A stretch of 64,000 bases of DNA from the human T2T-CHM13v2.0 reference genome, Homo sapiens (GCF_009914755.1 NC_060932.1); one strand, 5' to 3'. Positions 25,016 to 39,903 are shown, counted from the first letter of the stretch. Notes: a model not told the origin generated them from the sequence alone. A program made the numbers and translations.

Positions 25016-25877
25016 TTGGTAGGCAGAACCATGACCCTCCTCAAAGAAGTCCTCACCCTCATCCCCGAAACCTGTCAGTATGCTCTGTAACATGATTAAG
25101 GGCAATTAACATTGCAGGTAGAATTAAAGTTACTATTTTAGTCCATTTGTGCTGCTATAACAAAATGCCTGAGACTGGGTATGTATAAAGAACAGAAATT
25201 TGTTTTCTGTTCTGGAGCCTAGGAAGTCCAAGATCAAAGTGCCAGCAGGTTCCATCATCTGGTGAGTACTGCATCTTCAGAGGGGAGGGGAAAGGAACAG
25301 TATGTTCTCACCTGGCAGAAGAACAAAAGAGCAAGCTACCAAACACTGCCAAGCCTCTTTTATAGAGGCCTTAATCGCATTCGTGAGGGAGCAGCCCTCA
25401 TGGCCTAATTACCTCTTAAAGGCTCTATCTCTTAAAACTACTAGGTTGGCAACACCTGAATTTAAGAGGGGGCATAATCAAACCATATTATTACTAATCA
25501 GTTGACCTTAAAATAGATAATCCTGGATGATCTCGGTGGGCCCCTTGTAATTACAAGTTTCCTTAAAAGTGGAAGAGGGTGACACAAGAGAAGTGAGAGT
25601 GACGTAATGCGAACAGGACTCAACACACCATTGCTGACTTTGAAGAAGGAGGCCTGAATTTCAATAGCCACGGAAGGGGACAACCTTTAGAAGCTGGAAA
25701 TGGCAAATAATACTACCCAAAAGCCCTCAGAAAGGAGTTCAACCCTGACAGTACCTTTATTTTAGCTCTGTGCAACCTGTTTCAGACTGCTGCAGAACCG
25801 TAAGATAATAAATTCATGTTGTTTTAAGGCACTACATTTGTAATAATTTGTCAAGGCAGCAATAAAAAACCAATGCA
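25016..25877 (+). mobile_element. MLT1D-like LTR interrupted by an MST/MLT1A LTR
   Basis: tggtaggcagaa... and ctaatcagttgaccttaaaatag...; ends gcagcaataaaaaaccaatgca. Confidence 0.78.
25134..25490 (-). mobile_element. MSTC/MLT1A-type MaLR LTR
   Basis: tagtccatttgtgctgctataacaaaatgcctgagactggg...tcaaaccata. Confidence 0.78.
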
Positions 25878-26849
25878 GCAAAAGACAATAACGTCTGTTT
25901 AACCACACAGTCACGGAACATCTATTAACTAGCAACTTATTAAATACAGCTTACTGCTGCAACATCTTTGGTGTAATTAAAACATCCTCCATGAATCAGA
26001 GTGAGAATTATACTTAAGTGTCTGCCAATTGCCATGATAATAGAAAAGCTTATGATCTCTCTACTAAGTACCTTAGGAAGACAAGGGCCCAATGATATGA
26101 GCAGTGTGGTGGAACCCCAAACATCTTCCCACTTTCATGCACACATATCATTCATTCTCCTTTTTCCCAAGGTTCGCTGTTAGTATAGAGGCACAATAGA
26201 TCATGATTAGCTCTGGGCATGTTCACAGTTTAGCTGCCTGAGCAGATTAATTTGAGAGTCCAGGAAAAGCTTATTAAACAGATTATGAGAACTAGACAAG
26301 ACTTTTGAGACCATCTGTCCAAAACTTTGGTTTTACCAGTAAGCAAATTCAGACCCAGCATCACTCAGCTGGTAGGTGGTAAAACTGAGAAGAGAATCCA
26401 TGTATTTTGTTTTTTCCTAGTTCTGTGTTGTTGCACTGCATAATGAATTCCAGCCAGAACCACACATTCAGTTCCTGACTAGTCCACAATTAGAATCACC
26501 ATCAAGTCAAACACAAGTGAGGCATTACATCCAGGAGGTCATAGTTAGTTGTGTGTGTGTTCCCTAGATAGATTCCCTGAAGCTTTCTCATCAACACCAA
26601 GAAGCTGAAGGGGAAAATGAAAGTTCCCCTTCGGTTCCCCTCAATTCAAGAGTAATTGAGACCAACATCATTCATGGATATTAATAATATGACCTTTTTT
26701 AAAGAATCACCAAATCATTACATCATAAAGAACAATGATCTTATATTTTACTAGGTTTATTAGTTGCAGTCTCAGCCTCTAGGTTGCTAGAAAGCTCTGG
26801 GCTCCTTTGGATATGGACATGGCCAAATCTCTTTAACTTTCTAGTTATG

Positions 26850-27015
26850 GCACTTTAGGCAAATTCAACTTCTCTGAGTCTAGGTTTTCTCCTCTGTTCA
26901 ATGGAACTGACAATTCTATGTCAGAGAGCTATTGTAAGGATTAAAGGAACTAATATTTGCAAACCCCATACTGTTGCTTGGAATAAAACAGGTGCTGAAT
27001 AAATGGTAGCTATTT
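26850..27015 (+). mobile_element. MIR
   Basis: aggcaaattcaacttctctgagtctaggttttctcctctg...ggtgctgaataaatggtagctatt. Confidence 0.7.
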
Positions 27016-27991
27016 GATTGTTAGTTTTAAAAAATCCTGCTAGAAATCATTAAGAGTGTATTTATCTAAGTGGGGGAAAAGAAAAACCTAAGTAAGACCC
27101 TTGGATCTTGAAAGAAAGAAAAAGAGAGAAATGATTGTCAACACAAACAGAAATGCTTGAGGAACTTCAAGGGCTCAAGAGTCAAAGGACAGGCTAGAAA
27201 AAAATGTCAGAGAAGAAAGAGCTAAGAGAAGAAAGTCAAAGGAAAGGAGAGAAGGGGAGAATGGAAGGAGAACTGAGAAACCAGCAGTGTTTTTTTAAAG
27301 GTGATAACTGAAGAAGGTGAGCAGAGGAAGAAAGAACACAGTGAGCAATTGAAATCACCAGTTATTTTCTTCTGATTCATCTCTTAAAGGAAATACCTTC
27401 TAAGAGAGATCTTTGCTCTTTTGTGTGCTGGTGAATGTAAGGTGAGAATCTCTCCTTTCTTTTTCTAATGATGACCCTGAACAAGGCCGTGCTCTTCTTT
27501 TAAACATCTCTTCTGTTTGAAGCTCTGTTACAATAGAATCAAATAGGGTCTCCTTGGTTTATGTCACTGATCTAAGGTTGAATGATGTACTTGACAGATC
27601 CTTTTGAACTGCCCCATCTGGGAACTGAACCAAAGACTGGATCGCCAATCATGGTACTCACAATTACCTTTCCCTTTCCGCACAGTCCCCACATTCACTA
27701 CCCGAAAGTATAAAATCCATCTCATAAGATGCAGATGAAGTAGAATGATGCGGTTTCCCAAACTTGCCTGATTATACAAAAGCCCAGAAGCATTGCTGTC
27801 TGGAGATTCGGATTCTTACCTCAAGGTGATTCTTATCATTAGAAAGTGAAAGGTACAGAAATGAAGAAACTTTCGAGTAAGCAACGTTTCCTACCAAGGG
27901 ACTGGGTGGTTCTGAATATAACACCATCTTTCTCCTAACAATAGAAGGTGACATTTTGACAAATAAGCTTAGGATTCGTATTCTTCCCTAA

Positions 27992-28348
<357 letters not shown>

Positions 28349-29845
28349 TGATGATGATTGTATGGATGACTCTCTGGTCTGTGTTGTCAGTATTCAAGTG
28401 GTACCTCCACTCTGTCACATCTTCATTTTGCTTGTCTAGCAGACTTGCTAGTCCCTTCTGTCTTGTTCCATGTCAGGCTTGGACATATGAATTGCAATCA
28501 CATTGTGAGACAATTAATTGTCCAATATTTCTCAAGACTCCCTGTCCTTTAGAAACTATTTTGCATTCATCTTTGAGTCCTCAGTATTTTGCCTAGTAAA
28601 CAGGGTTTGTCAAGTGAATATCCAATATAGACTCAGGAAGATCCACATGGGGAGTGAGAAAATTGAGCGAATCCCAGGAAAAGAACAGGAAATGGAGGTA
28701 AAAGACTCACGTAAGTTTACCCTTCTATCCAGGCATGCCTCCAGACACCAGCTTCCACTTCCTTATCTGTCTGGAATTGGTGTTGAATTGATCTTCGAGG
28801 TCAGTTTGAGGTTTCTTACTCTCTATATGAGTCTCTGATACTTAGAATGTTATTTTGTGCTCAGATTGCCAGAAATCATGAAGAAATGAAAGGGGAAAAA
28901 TGGTGGCAATAATGATGACTAACAATGTTTTATTGTGTGACATGAAGTTAAACAGTAATAATTTATTGTTATATTGAATGCTGCAGCATTAAACTGCTGC
29001 CTCCAGTGTTAAAAGCAATGCTCACAAGACAGATCTTATGAGAAACTCTATGTAACAGCAAAGGATCACTGAAATATTCAGATACAGAATTTACAATAGT
29101 TGCATTAGGGCTTCCTTTGAATTAATTAATATTTCCTCTGAGATGACTCCTGCCAAGTGGTTTTGCTTCATTCCTGATTTAATTGCTAGGAAAATCAGAA
29201 TTATTCCAGAAAGTGAGGCTATGAAGGTTTCATTGTAGGAAAATCTTGTGTCTGAAGCCGTGAGGCTGGACAAAGGGAAATGAGTTGAATGCTGTTGTGA
29301 ATGGGCAGAAGTCAGCACCAGCAACTTCCATTCATTTCGAAGTAAGAGTTGATAAGAGAATTGACTGTTGAAGTCAAATCTCCGTATATTTTCTTATTTC
29401 CTTCTCTGCATCCATCTTGCAAAGCAAATTTTTAAGAGAAAATGAGTGTTTCATTCTTGATAGTGAATTGCTCTGCTTCTTCAGCAGGAGGTGCAGGAGA
29501 AATCCTATTTGCATCCTTTCCACTGCTCTTAACAAGCCCCTAAAGGCTGAGTTAATGTTTATTTGTGGCCTGGAGTGGCCAAAAGGGAATAGCAGGAATT
29601 ATTTTCTTCATAGAAGTGGTGGAGAATATGAGTGCCTCCCTCTATAAACTGGAGAAGATTTACCTGCACAATTCTCCTCTCTGCTTTTTAGTACTGCTTG
29701 GGGGATGAAAGGGACCCATGGACTTTGGCCTCAGACACACCAGGCTGGTTTCAAATTTTCCTTTTTTCTGAAATCCACAGTAAGCCACTTAAACTCTCTA
29801 AGCCACAGTATTCTGTTCTGTACAATTGGAATAACAATGCTGTGT

Positions 29846-30017
29846 ACTGGAACAGCTTCATAATTTGTAGGCCCAGTACTAAATGAAAATTGGGACCCTT
29901 TTGTTCAAAGAACATGAACTTCAAGACAGTAATGGCAGAGCATCAAATAGGTGTGGGGCCCTTCTGAGCATGGGGGCTGTACCACTGGGCAGGCCACATA
30001 CCACGAAGTTGACCTCA
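29846..30017 (-). mobile_element. MER45A-like hAT-Tip100 MITE
   Basis: cataatttgtaggcccagtactaaatgaaaat...ggggcccttctgagc matches the MER45A antisense consensus as recalled. Confidence 0.75.
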
Positions 30018-30018
30018 C

Positions 30019-30515
30019 TGTGCAGCTGGATTGGCTGTTGGATCTCAGATATCTTTCCCTTTGTATCTCTGTATCTCAGAGAGTGGATCCCTGAAAATGG
30101 CATTTGCACTGGCTGCTAGCTAGATTTAGCCATGGAAGGCAGTAGTAGGAGACTGATGGTGAGAGGCACGGGGAAGCCAAGTTATTTCCCTCTTTTCTCC
30201 TTTCCCCTGTCTCTATTTCCCTTTGAAACGTATCTCCAATAGTAACTGCTCTCCTCTTTCAGTTCCAGCATACCTAGGACAGCCCACCTTCTGGGGTCCC
30301 ACCTTTCCTGATCCCACTCACTGCTAGTCAGTTCTCTGCAGGCAGCCCAGCTCCTCATGCTCTAAAACCACCATTTCCTTGGTTCCTCCAGCCTGACAGG
30401 TGCTAGCTGCTTCCTGATATAACTAATATCTTGACTACCTCCCTGTTCCCTATGAGGCATTTCAGCTCTTCCAAGCCTCTTTAACTAGTTCCCCTTATTA
30501 ACTATTCTTTATTCT
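30019..30515 (+). mobile_element. Old ERVL LTR (LTR33-like)
   Basis: Degenerate motifs gatttagccatggaaggcagtagtaggagact and cctccagcct...gctgcttcctg. Confidence 0.5.
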
Positions 30516-31873
30516 TCATAGAATCTGATATAAGTGTCTACCTTGAAAGGTTATTACAAGGAACAAATTTGTCTAAGGCAGTGGTTTTAACTGTACATTG
30601 CAATTCATTTGTGAGTAATACAATCAGTTTGATGGGTCAAGACCGGTAGTTTAGAACACAAAATAACTTAGAGCAGAATAAGAAAACATGGTAGTGCATT
30701 GTATGTATTAAGGTACATATGATTTAATAAAGCTTTTAGTTGTCTCTGTGTGTATGTGTGATGTGTACCATTTCATGCTGTAAAAATGTATTACTTTCTA
30801 GCAGGTGGGAGAAGGAAAGAAAGGCCAATGGTCTAAGACTTCTGGTACATAATTAGCACTCAATAAATTGTAGAAACTATTGTTGCCATCCAAGACCATG
30901 CCATTTAAACAAAAGGCAGTCAGACAGCCCAAAGAGTTTACCATTCCAACTCACTTTAGCTCATTAGAATAGTTTCATGTAGTTGGGCCAACTTGTACTA
31001 AAATGGCCAAAGCGTTTACTTACATTTGTTTGTTTACACCTAGACAGGCCCAGCTTGAGTCACCAGCCTTGGCTGAAAGAGAAGCCAGCCAGGTTCAAAG
31101 TAAAGAAACAGTTTTAAAATAACATTTTATTTTTCTGTGAGTCATAGCAAATCTGTCCCTGCAACATCTTTCTCCTGCAGCTAAATGCTTTAAAATGGTC
31201 AGGTCTCACCCAGGAAAGTGGGACTGGGAGGAAGTGATGCGATAAAACAGCTTCCCAATCAGTGCATTAGTAGGAGTGCAACCTCTGGCATTCCTCTTTT
31301 TTCAGAAGTATCAAAAAGCTCTGCAGAGATAACTGTGTCTCCAGATGGCCATGAGATTGGTAAATGACAAATGTTTATCAGCCTTTCAGCACCTGCTGAT
31401 GGAAGAACTAAAAAAAAAATCGCAAGTGACTTTATGAGCCCACAGCCACCCCAGCTGTAATGGGTGCTAGTAGCTCTGTGTTGCTGACCTCACATGGGTA
31501 AAGGAAGAGCAGAAGAATTTTTAGTCCCTTGGCTACTTCTTATCTATTTCATCAGGTAAGGAAACTCAACTTGAATCCTTTCAACTCTGAAGAATGGTAG
31601 ATCTGAGGAACAACAAAGAGCTATAGGTCATGTGGATTTCTCTGCTCAGTCAGAGAGCCCAGAACTCTCCCTGGAGCTGAAGATAGCCCTTGCAAGCTAT
31701 CTCATGATGGTTTTATAGCACAGTGGGCTCACTCATACTGGTGCTGGTTTTGAGCATCTATGTTGACAAGACAAATGTCTGTTTCTACTACTGCAGAGGA
31801 TAGAGTTTAACCAAAGTCAGGTGACAGAGAAAAAGAACAGAAACTGATAACACTTACACAGTATCCTTATATA

Positions 31874-32570
<697 letters not shown>

Positions 32571-33765
32571 TATGTTGTCCGGGATGCTATATTGAGTACT
32601 TTATACATATAAATTTACTTAATCCTCACAATATGCCTACAAGGTGGATACTACTATTGTCCTCATTTCCAGCTGAGAAAACAGATAGAGAAGGCAAATA
32701 ATGTGCTCAAATCTGCACAGTTAATTAATCATAGAGCCCAAATTCAAACAAAATAGTGTGGCTGCCAAGTCAATGCTCTTGACCTCTACCCAGACTGGGA
32801 GCCAGAGGGTTTGCATTCTAATTTTATCATTAACCAATCTGACTGATGGGGCAAATCAACCCTACTGCAATCTCCTCTTTTCATCTGTAATATAAGGTTA
32901 TTGCTTGAGATATTTTCAAGTCTTAGTGCCACCTCCCATTTAGAGCTTTAGTGTTGAGAAAGATGATATTAATGTATTCCGTTGTCCTAAATATTTCAAA
33001 CACGTCAGTTTCTACTTTTCCAGACAACTCCAATGGGGATATTTTTTTATTCCTCCACTTCCTAATTAAGGCTGAAAGGGCCCCATATTCAGCTGCTGAG
33101 TCTCTGTCTCCCGCCTTCTTTTCCTCCTGTACGACCTAAAACTGTCTTTTGTCTTTCAGCACTTGGGGAGAAACTCTGGGAAGCTTTCTAAATCCCTAAA
33201 TTTGTCACACCCATCCTTAAAGCAGTGCTGAATTAAAAAGTGGGATTCGTCTAAGCAGAGGAGATACTTAAGGAAGGAGAGGGGCTACAGCACTAAATGA
33301 TGTTTCCAATTAAGAGAAGTGTAAGGTCAGAGAGAAACTCCCTCCTGGATGGAGCTCTTCACCACCTGATGAGCTGATTAAATATCATGCCGCAAAAAGT
33401 AAATGTTTACTCCAAGCCAGGTGCTTGGACTCTAAAGAACTCTATTAGGCAAGAGTAAGTGGTTTAATTGGCTCACCTTCATTCAACTGTTAGTATGTTC
33501 CTCATAAGTGCCTGTCAGAGAGAATCTTTTGTGTTTCCCTTCTAACAGCTGGCTCATAAAAACATAAACTCATCTTACAATGTTAAGTAAGGATCTTTTA
33601 ATTCCTGTTTTCTTTCCTCCAATTTGTATTAATATGATAGGAGAGAAAGAAAGTGAAAGCATGCTTCTATAGCTGGCTACTTCATCAAACTTAATGGAAC
33701 CATATTTTGTAATTCATTCTATAATTTAAGTTTTGGTCATTTTATCTCTTAAAGATGAATTCCAG

Positions 33766-34068
33766 GCCAGGTGCAGTGGTTTGTGCCTGTAATCTCAACC
33801 CTTGAGAAGCCGAGGTAGGATGATTGTTAGAGCCCAGGAGTTTGAAACCAACCAATATAGAGACCCTGTCTCTACAAAAAAAAAAAAAAAAAAAAAAAAG
33901 TCAGGTGTGATGGTATATGCCTGTAGTCCTAGCTACTCAGGAGGCTGAAGTGGGAGGATTGCTTGAGCCCAGGAGGTCCAGGTTGCAGAGAGCCATGATG
34001 ATGCCATTGCACTCCAGCCTAGGCAACAGAGCGAGACACTGTCTCAAAAGACACACAAACAAAAAAAT
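33766..34068 (+). mobile_element. AluJ with an expanded poly-A linker
   Basis: AluJ diagnostics; long A run at 33855-33899 region; tail. Confidence 0.92.
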
Positions 34069-35027
34069 ATGAAACCCTAGCTAAACACTGTGGACTCAAA
34101 ATAACCTGTGAAATCACCCAACCGTAGTATTTATCTATGAGAATGTTTCAAAGGGAGATATGTAGTTGTATGACTATTTCACGCAGATATTTGTTATTAA
34201 TAAAAGACTTTGTGGTCAGCATGACGTGTTAGCTACAGTTGAATCCATGCTTCTTTACATTTTGTGGTTTGGTTGTTGTCGAATTTACTTTCCATGCATT
34301 ATTTCCAAATATATACTTATTATTTCATCAGCTTAGAATGGTTTGGATAGAAAAATATATCAAGGTCTCAGAAATGCCCCCCATTAACATAAGGGTAGCC
34401 ATGACTTGAACCCACCCCACTGGTTTCCTTTGTCTTTCTCCATTTCTGATTCTCTTTCTCTGTGGTTACCTAGGATATATAAATTACTTGACTTTGAAAT
34501 TCATGATTAACTCAGAAAGTTATAGCTAGTGATTCACAATATTTGTTTTAAAAACAGTATGAAGAATGTAGAAGCTTGGTTTTTAATTATAATAATATAA
34601 ATTAGTATCATTTTATGTACTCAAATGCCACACACATATGTATAAGGCATTCCTATGGAATAATCTTAACCTGGTTCTTTGACAATTTTTGTAATTCATT
34701 CTCTAGTGAAATATTTCCCCAAAGTGTATCCACAGATTACTATCTCACCAATATGCTTCCGGAAAAAAAGTGCCATGGTCTAATAAGTTTAGGAAACCTT
34801 GCACATTCTTTTTCCTTGGGATCAATCATTAGTATTAGCAGATTTAGCACTAAGAAATCCTGTAGTAGAGAAATTCATTTACTTTTAATTCAGTATTTCT
34901 CAAAATCATTTTACCCTATTACTCAAATCCCTGCTTTTATTCTGGGAATTGTTACCTCTCCTTTCCTTTGCATACACTTGAGAAATTGACTCTAGAAATA
35001 CTAGCCTTATGAAATATTGATAGTAAT

Positions 35028-35481
35028 TGCTATGGTTTGTTAGACTCCTCCAAATCTCTTGTTGAACTTTGATCCCTAGCATTGGAGGTGGGCTTAATGG
35101 GAGGTGTTTGGGTCATGAGGGCAGATCCTTCATGAATACATTAATGCCCTCCCTGGGGTGGGTAGGAACTGAGTGACTTGTTGCTCTATTAGTTTCTGTG
35201 AGAGTTGTCCCCCGACTCGCCGCAGAGCTGGTTGTTAAAAAGAGCCTGGTTCCTCTTCCCCCTCTCTCTCTTGCTTCCTCTCTCTCCATGTGATCTCTGC
35301 ACACACCAGCTCCCCTTCACCTTCTACCATGAGTGCAAACAGCCTGAGGCCCTCACAGATGCAGATGCCAGATCATTGCTTCTTACACATTGTGTAGAAC
35401 CATGAGCCAAATAAACGTCTTTTCTTTATAAGTAACTGAGCCTCAGGTATTCTTTTATAGCAATACAAATGGACGAAGACA
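35028..35481 (+). mobile_element. MSTB-type solo LTR
   Basis: tgctatggtttg...ggacgaagaca; TSD gtaat/gtact. Confidence 0.88.
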
Positions 35482-35779
35482 GTACTGATTATTTGTTGGG
35501 CATTTCCTATGTGCGAGGAACTGTTACAGGTATTTTGGCAGTTGTAATAGCGAGGTATTTATTTTGGTGCTTTAACAGAGACTAAAATGGCTGCTTTAAA
35601 TAAGATTGATTATTTCTCTCTCACATGAAAGCCTAAAATGGTGAGCAGTGTAGCAACTTAGGGCAGCAATCTTTGGGTCATCCAAGGCATCAGATACCTT
35701 CTGTGGTGTTGTTTCACCGTCGTTTGAAGTGTTCCTTTCTTCATAGGTTGAAACCAGCTCCTTGTACCTCATCTGGTCC

Positions 35780-35851
35780 CATCCCTAAGAAAAGAGACCA
35801 AAGAGCCATCCTTGAGAAAAGAGACCAAAGAGACATCCCTGAGAAAAGAGA
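35780..35851. repeat. 27-bp tandem repeat, ~2.7 copies
   Basis: catccctaagaaaagagaccaaagagc / catccttgagaaaagagaccaaagaga / catccctgagaaaagaga. Confidence 0.9.
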
Positions 35852-36379
35852 AAATAAAGGGCAAACAGCTTCTTGTTAAGAATCTGGTCTGGATTATGCT
35901 CATAGCTCATTGTCCAACTGAATAAATTGCTCAATTTATTGAGCTCATAAATTGCTCAATATGACATGGCCATACCCAGCTTACAAGGAAGTCCAAGAAA
36001 TAGTCTCTTATTGGGGAACATTTGCTCTCCTGAAACATAGAAGGTTCCATTATTTAATAGGTAGAAGGAAAGAATGAGTATTACAAGGCAATTAGCTTTC
36101 TCTGCTGTGTTTTTACCTCATTAAATCCTACCTACAACCCATGAAATCAGTACTTTGTCTTCATTTTAATATGAGAAAACTAAGATACAGAGAAAGTAAA
36201 ACTAAAGTCACGTAGCGACTATTCACTTTTGGTTTTGATACCATGCTACCTAATTCCATAGCCTGGGTTCTTAGCTGATACACACAGTTGCAATGCCTTT
36301 CCAGAAAATTTCTAGTAGTTTCCACCATTCCTGGACCTATTCTTTTCTAACTTTAAAGGCAATCCATCTTCTAAGTCAG

Positions 36380-36824
36380 TGTGGCAGAGACTCTAGTTTC
36401 TTCACCCAAACCATGTTCTCCTGTCTTTCTTGGGCTCATGTTTAAACTATATTTCTCATCTTCTCTTAGGTATTACCATATGACTAAGGTCTAGTAAATG
36501 CAATGTGAGAAGATCTGTTGTATACCACCTCCAGGCTTGGCCTGTAAAAACTTCCCATGGACATGAGCTCCTCCATGCCCTTTCCCCTCCAGCTAGATGA
36601 ATTGGAAATGACACCCGGGACAACTGGAAGGCCATATGTCAAAATGGACAAGGCTTGCTCACCCTGAATTCTAGAATAATTTTGTGGAGGAGAACTACCC
36701 TAACAATCTGTTTTCCCACCTAGCAAAAAAAAATGTGACCACAAAAATAAACTTCTGCTGTGTTTGATCCATTTGAAAGTTTTTGATCTATTAGTTCTAG
36801 CAGTTAGCTTCCTCTAAAAAATAC
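36380..36824 (+). mobile_element. Old MLT1 (I/J-like) LTR
   Basis: tgtggcagagact...ataaacttctgctgtgtt...gcagttagc...aataca. Confidence 0.65.
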
Positions 36825-38302
36825 AATTGATTACCATGATGTCATGGATAACAAGTTGGCAACCTGGGTCAAAGTCCTATTCTTGTTTTTTTCTAGTGAT
36901 AAGACCTTGGGCAATTTATTAAATCTCTCCAAGTCTCAGTTTTCTCAGCTTTAAAATAATCTTCAATCATAGTGTTGTTCTAAGAAGTAAATTAGTTTAT
37001 CTTAAAAATCCTGTTCCCTGTTAATTATTCCATTCTAGCAATCAATTTGTGCTTATTCTAGTTGTCCCACTGTTTAAAACACACATGCCTTAGTATTATG
37101 AAAACATTTCAAAAGAAATATGTCTTAGATTTCTACATTTATATTAGAAAACTTTCAAATTTATACTTCATGCCTTTTAAAAAAATAATACTAGTAAAAT
37201 GAAAGAATATCAGTTTTGGAATCATTCCACAGTCCTGGATAAAAATACCTGTTAGACCACTTACTAGTGGTATCATCTATGTGAGACTCAAATTCAGCAT
37301 CAGTAATTTTGGAAGAATGGTAGTCCTACTTTCAGAATTGTTAGGATTAAATAAAGTGCTAAAAGTCTGTGAAATCTCCTTGCACACTGATGATTTCCCT
37401 TCTCTCCCCAAATAGATTTCCATATGGAGCACTTTTAGTCATTTTTGCTGGACTGCAATCACCTTTCTTTCTTCAAATGTTAAAACTGAACAGTAGTAGC
37501 TAGCAATTTGGAATCTCTAGAAAGAAGTTTTTTTTATTATTATAGTGCTGAAGCTCAGCTCATTCTCTCAAGGAGCCTATGGATTTGGAGTGCATCATAA
37601 GGGAAGAAGTTAACCTCCTGCTGTATTACCAGAGACCAAGGACAAATGTTGGTTGTCACCTGCCTAACCAGGCAAGTGATAGTCACAGACTGTCCATCTC
37701 ACAACAAAACAATGCTAATTTTGTTGAGGGATAGAAATGTTGTAGTTGATCTCATTTTCTCTAGCACAGTGTCCCTTTTTGAATGTTCCTTCTCAAATAG
37801 GGCATGGTATAAACTCTGCAAGAGGGGAGTTCCATTTGGAAGACATGTAGGCAAACAACATTCAGGCTCCACACCCACTTCGCCTGCTGAGATTTGACTT
37901 ATTACACAACTGCAGATGCTGGTCAATTAGTTTCTCATACTCATTCGTATCACAGAAGGGATGCAGTGGTTATAAATTGCACTGATTATGCACACCTTGG
38001 CTTACCCTATTGTTGCATAAAAATAGGCAAGGCATGTTAGTCATTGCATAGTCTTTTCAGTAGAAAGGAAAAGTGATTGAGAAACAGCAAGGAAAATTGT
38101 GTTTACAGCTAAGGTTTTTGTTTTGTTTTGTTTTGTTTCCACTCCGTTCAGTGTGTATATAAAGTTAATGCATTTTTAACTTAACAGCAACCAACAACAG
38201 CTTCACTTTGAGTGCATGAAAAACACTGGGGCTTAAGTGTTGATTTGTTGCCAGGCATTTCCTTTGGGAATCCATGTAGGCTGATCATTTACCTGGGAAA
38301 TC

Positions 38303-38326
38303 GTGTGTGTGTGTGTGTGTGTGTGT
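38303..38326. repeat. (GT)n microsatellite
   Basis: Seen directly. Confidence 0.95.
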
Positions 38327-39520
38327 TACCTTTACCTTTGTAAGGGACATCATAAAACCTCAATTTCCTGGTGTGTTCCAGTTAATTTTCTGCTTTATTG
38401 AATGTCACTCTGAATTCCCTATTTCCTTTAACTTTTGTGTTGAAAAATCATTCAAAAGACTACTGAGCCATTTTCTTCTTCATTAAGAAAAATATTGGGT
38501 TAGACTTAATTCTTGATAGCTGAAAATTTTGGAGCATTGTTTTGTTTGTTTGTTTTACATTTTTGAAACAAACTATTTTGAGACCGTAATAAGAACAATG
38601 GATAATCTTCCCAGAAATCAGAGAGAGAAAGAGAGAGAATTCTGCATAAATTTATAGATCCTTGCAGCCCACATTTGAGGCCCCAGCAATAGACCCCAGG
38701 TTAAGAATTCCTGCCATAGAGTGTTTTGACATTATCATTCTAAATATTTAATTTTGTCCAAATAAAAATATAGACAGAGAAAAGGGAACTTAGCAAAAAT
38801 CTTCATTTACATTCAAAACAATTCAAGGTGCATTAAAATCATGAAAAACTTTGTTCCTCTATAGGCCAGGGAAGTTTCTTGCTACTTATTTCCTTTATTA
38901 AAGTATATTTTATTGATTTGTCTTTTTCTTTTAAAAACAGAATATCCAATGGGTAAGACTGACCAAAGATTTGGGGAAGTTGATTCTAAATAGGTGAGCT
39001 GTGTTTTAAGAGTTCTTCTTAGTACTCTTCAACTCAGCATGTGGAAATAAATTTCAAAAGCTTTTCTTAATTTCACAAAAACAAATATAAATAGTTATGG
39101 GGGGAAATAAACAACAGGCCAAATACCAGATGGCAACTCAAAGCACATTGTCTGCTCTCTTGCTCTAAGCTACTGGTTCTCAGTAGGGGTGGGACAGCTC
39201 CCAAAAGGGGGTCTTTGGGAATTTGTGGTGGGTTTTTGGTAGTCACAATGTTAAGAGGTACTATAATAGCTATTTAGATGGCAGAGTTAGGATTTCCTGT
39301 TTCTTTTTCTTTTTGGTATCCCTCATGACTATATAGTCTCCCCAATATATTCACATGGGTGAAAATCCTATTCGTAATGATTGAACTCAATTATAACTCC
39401 ATTTACAGATAAACATGCACAAAATTTTCATGGTTTTAATACACTGAATTTTCCAAGGGTGTGTGAAATTGCTGTACATATTGACAGAAGATTGTTGTTT
39501 GATTTGGTTAAGAACTTTTT

Positions 39521-39903
39521 ATTATTATTATTATTATTATTATACTTTAAGTTTTAGGGTACATGTGCACAATGTGCAGGTTACTTACATATGTATACAT
39601 GTGCCATGCTGGTGTGCTGCACCCATTAACTCGTCATTTAGCATTAGGTATATCTCCCAATGCTATCCCTCCCCGCTCCCCCCACCCCACAACAGTCCCC
39701 AGAGTGTGATGTTCCCCTTCCTGTGTCCATGTGTTCTCATTGTTCAATTCCCACCTGTGAGTGAGAACACACGGTGTTTGGTTTTTTGTCTTTGCGATAG
39801 TTTACTGAGAATGATGATTTCCATTTTCATCCATGTCCCTACAAAGGACATAAGGAAATGTGGCACATATACACCATGGAATACTATGCAGCCGTAAAAA
39901 ATG
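39521..39903 (-). mobile_element. L1PA3/4-like 3' fragment with a 5' inversion (twin priming)
   Basis: Antisense 3' end 39521-39851 with (TAA)n tail; sense-strand segment 39851-39904; TSD aagaacttttt at 39510-39520 and 39904-39914. Confidence 0.93.

Noticed and set aside
35780-35851. CRISPR-like array
   Set aside because: Contiguous tandem units with no unique spacers, in eukaryotic DNA.
39463-39897. 144-aa ORF with poly-Tyr
   Set aside because: Reads through the (TAT)n tail and antisense L1 3'UTR.
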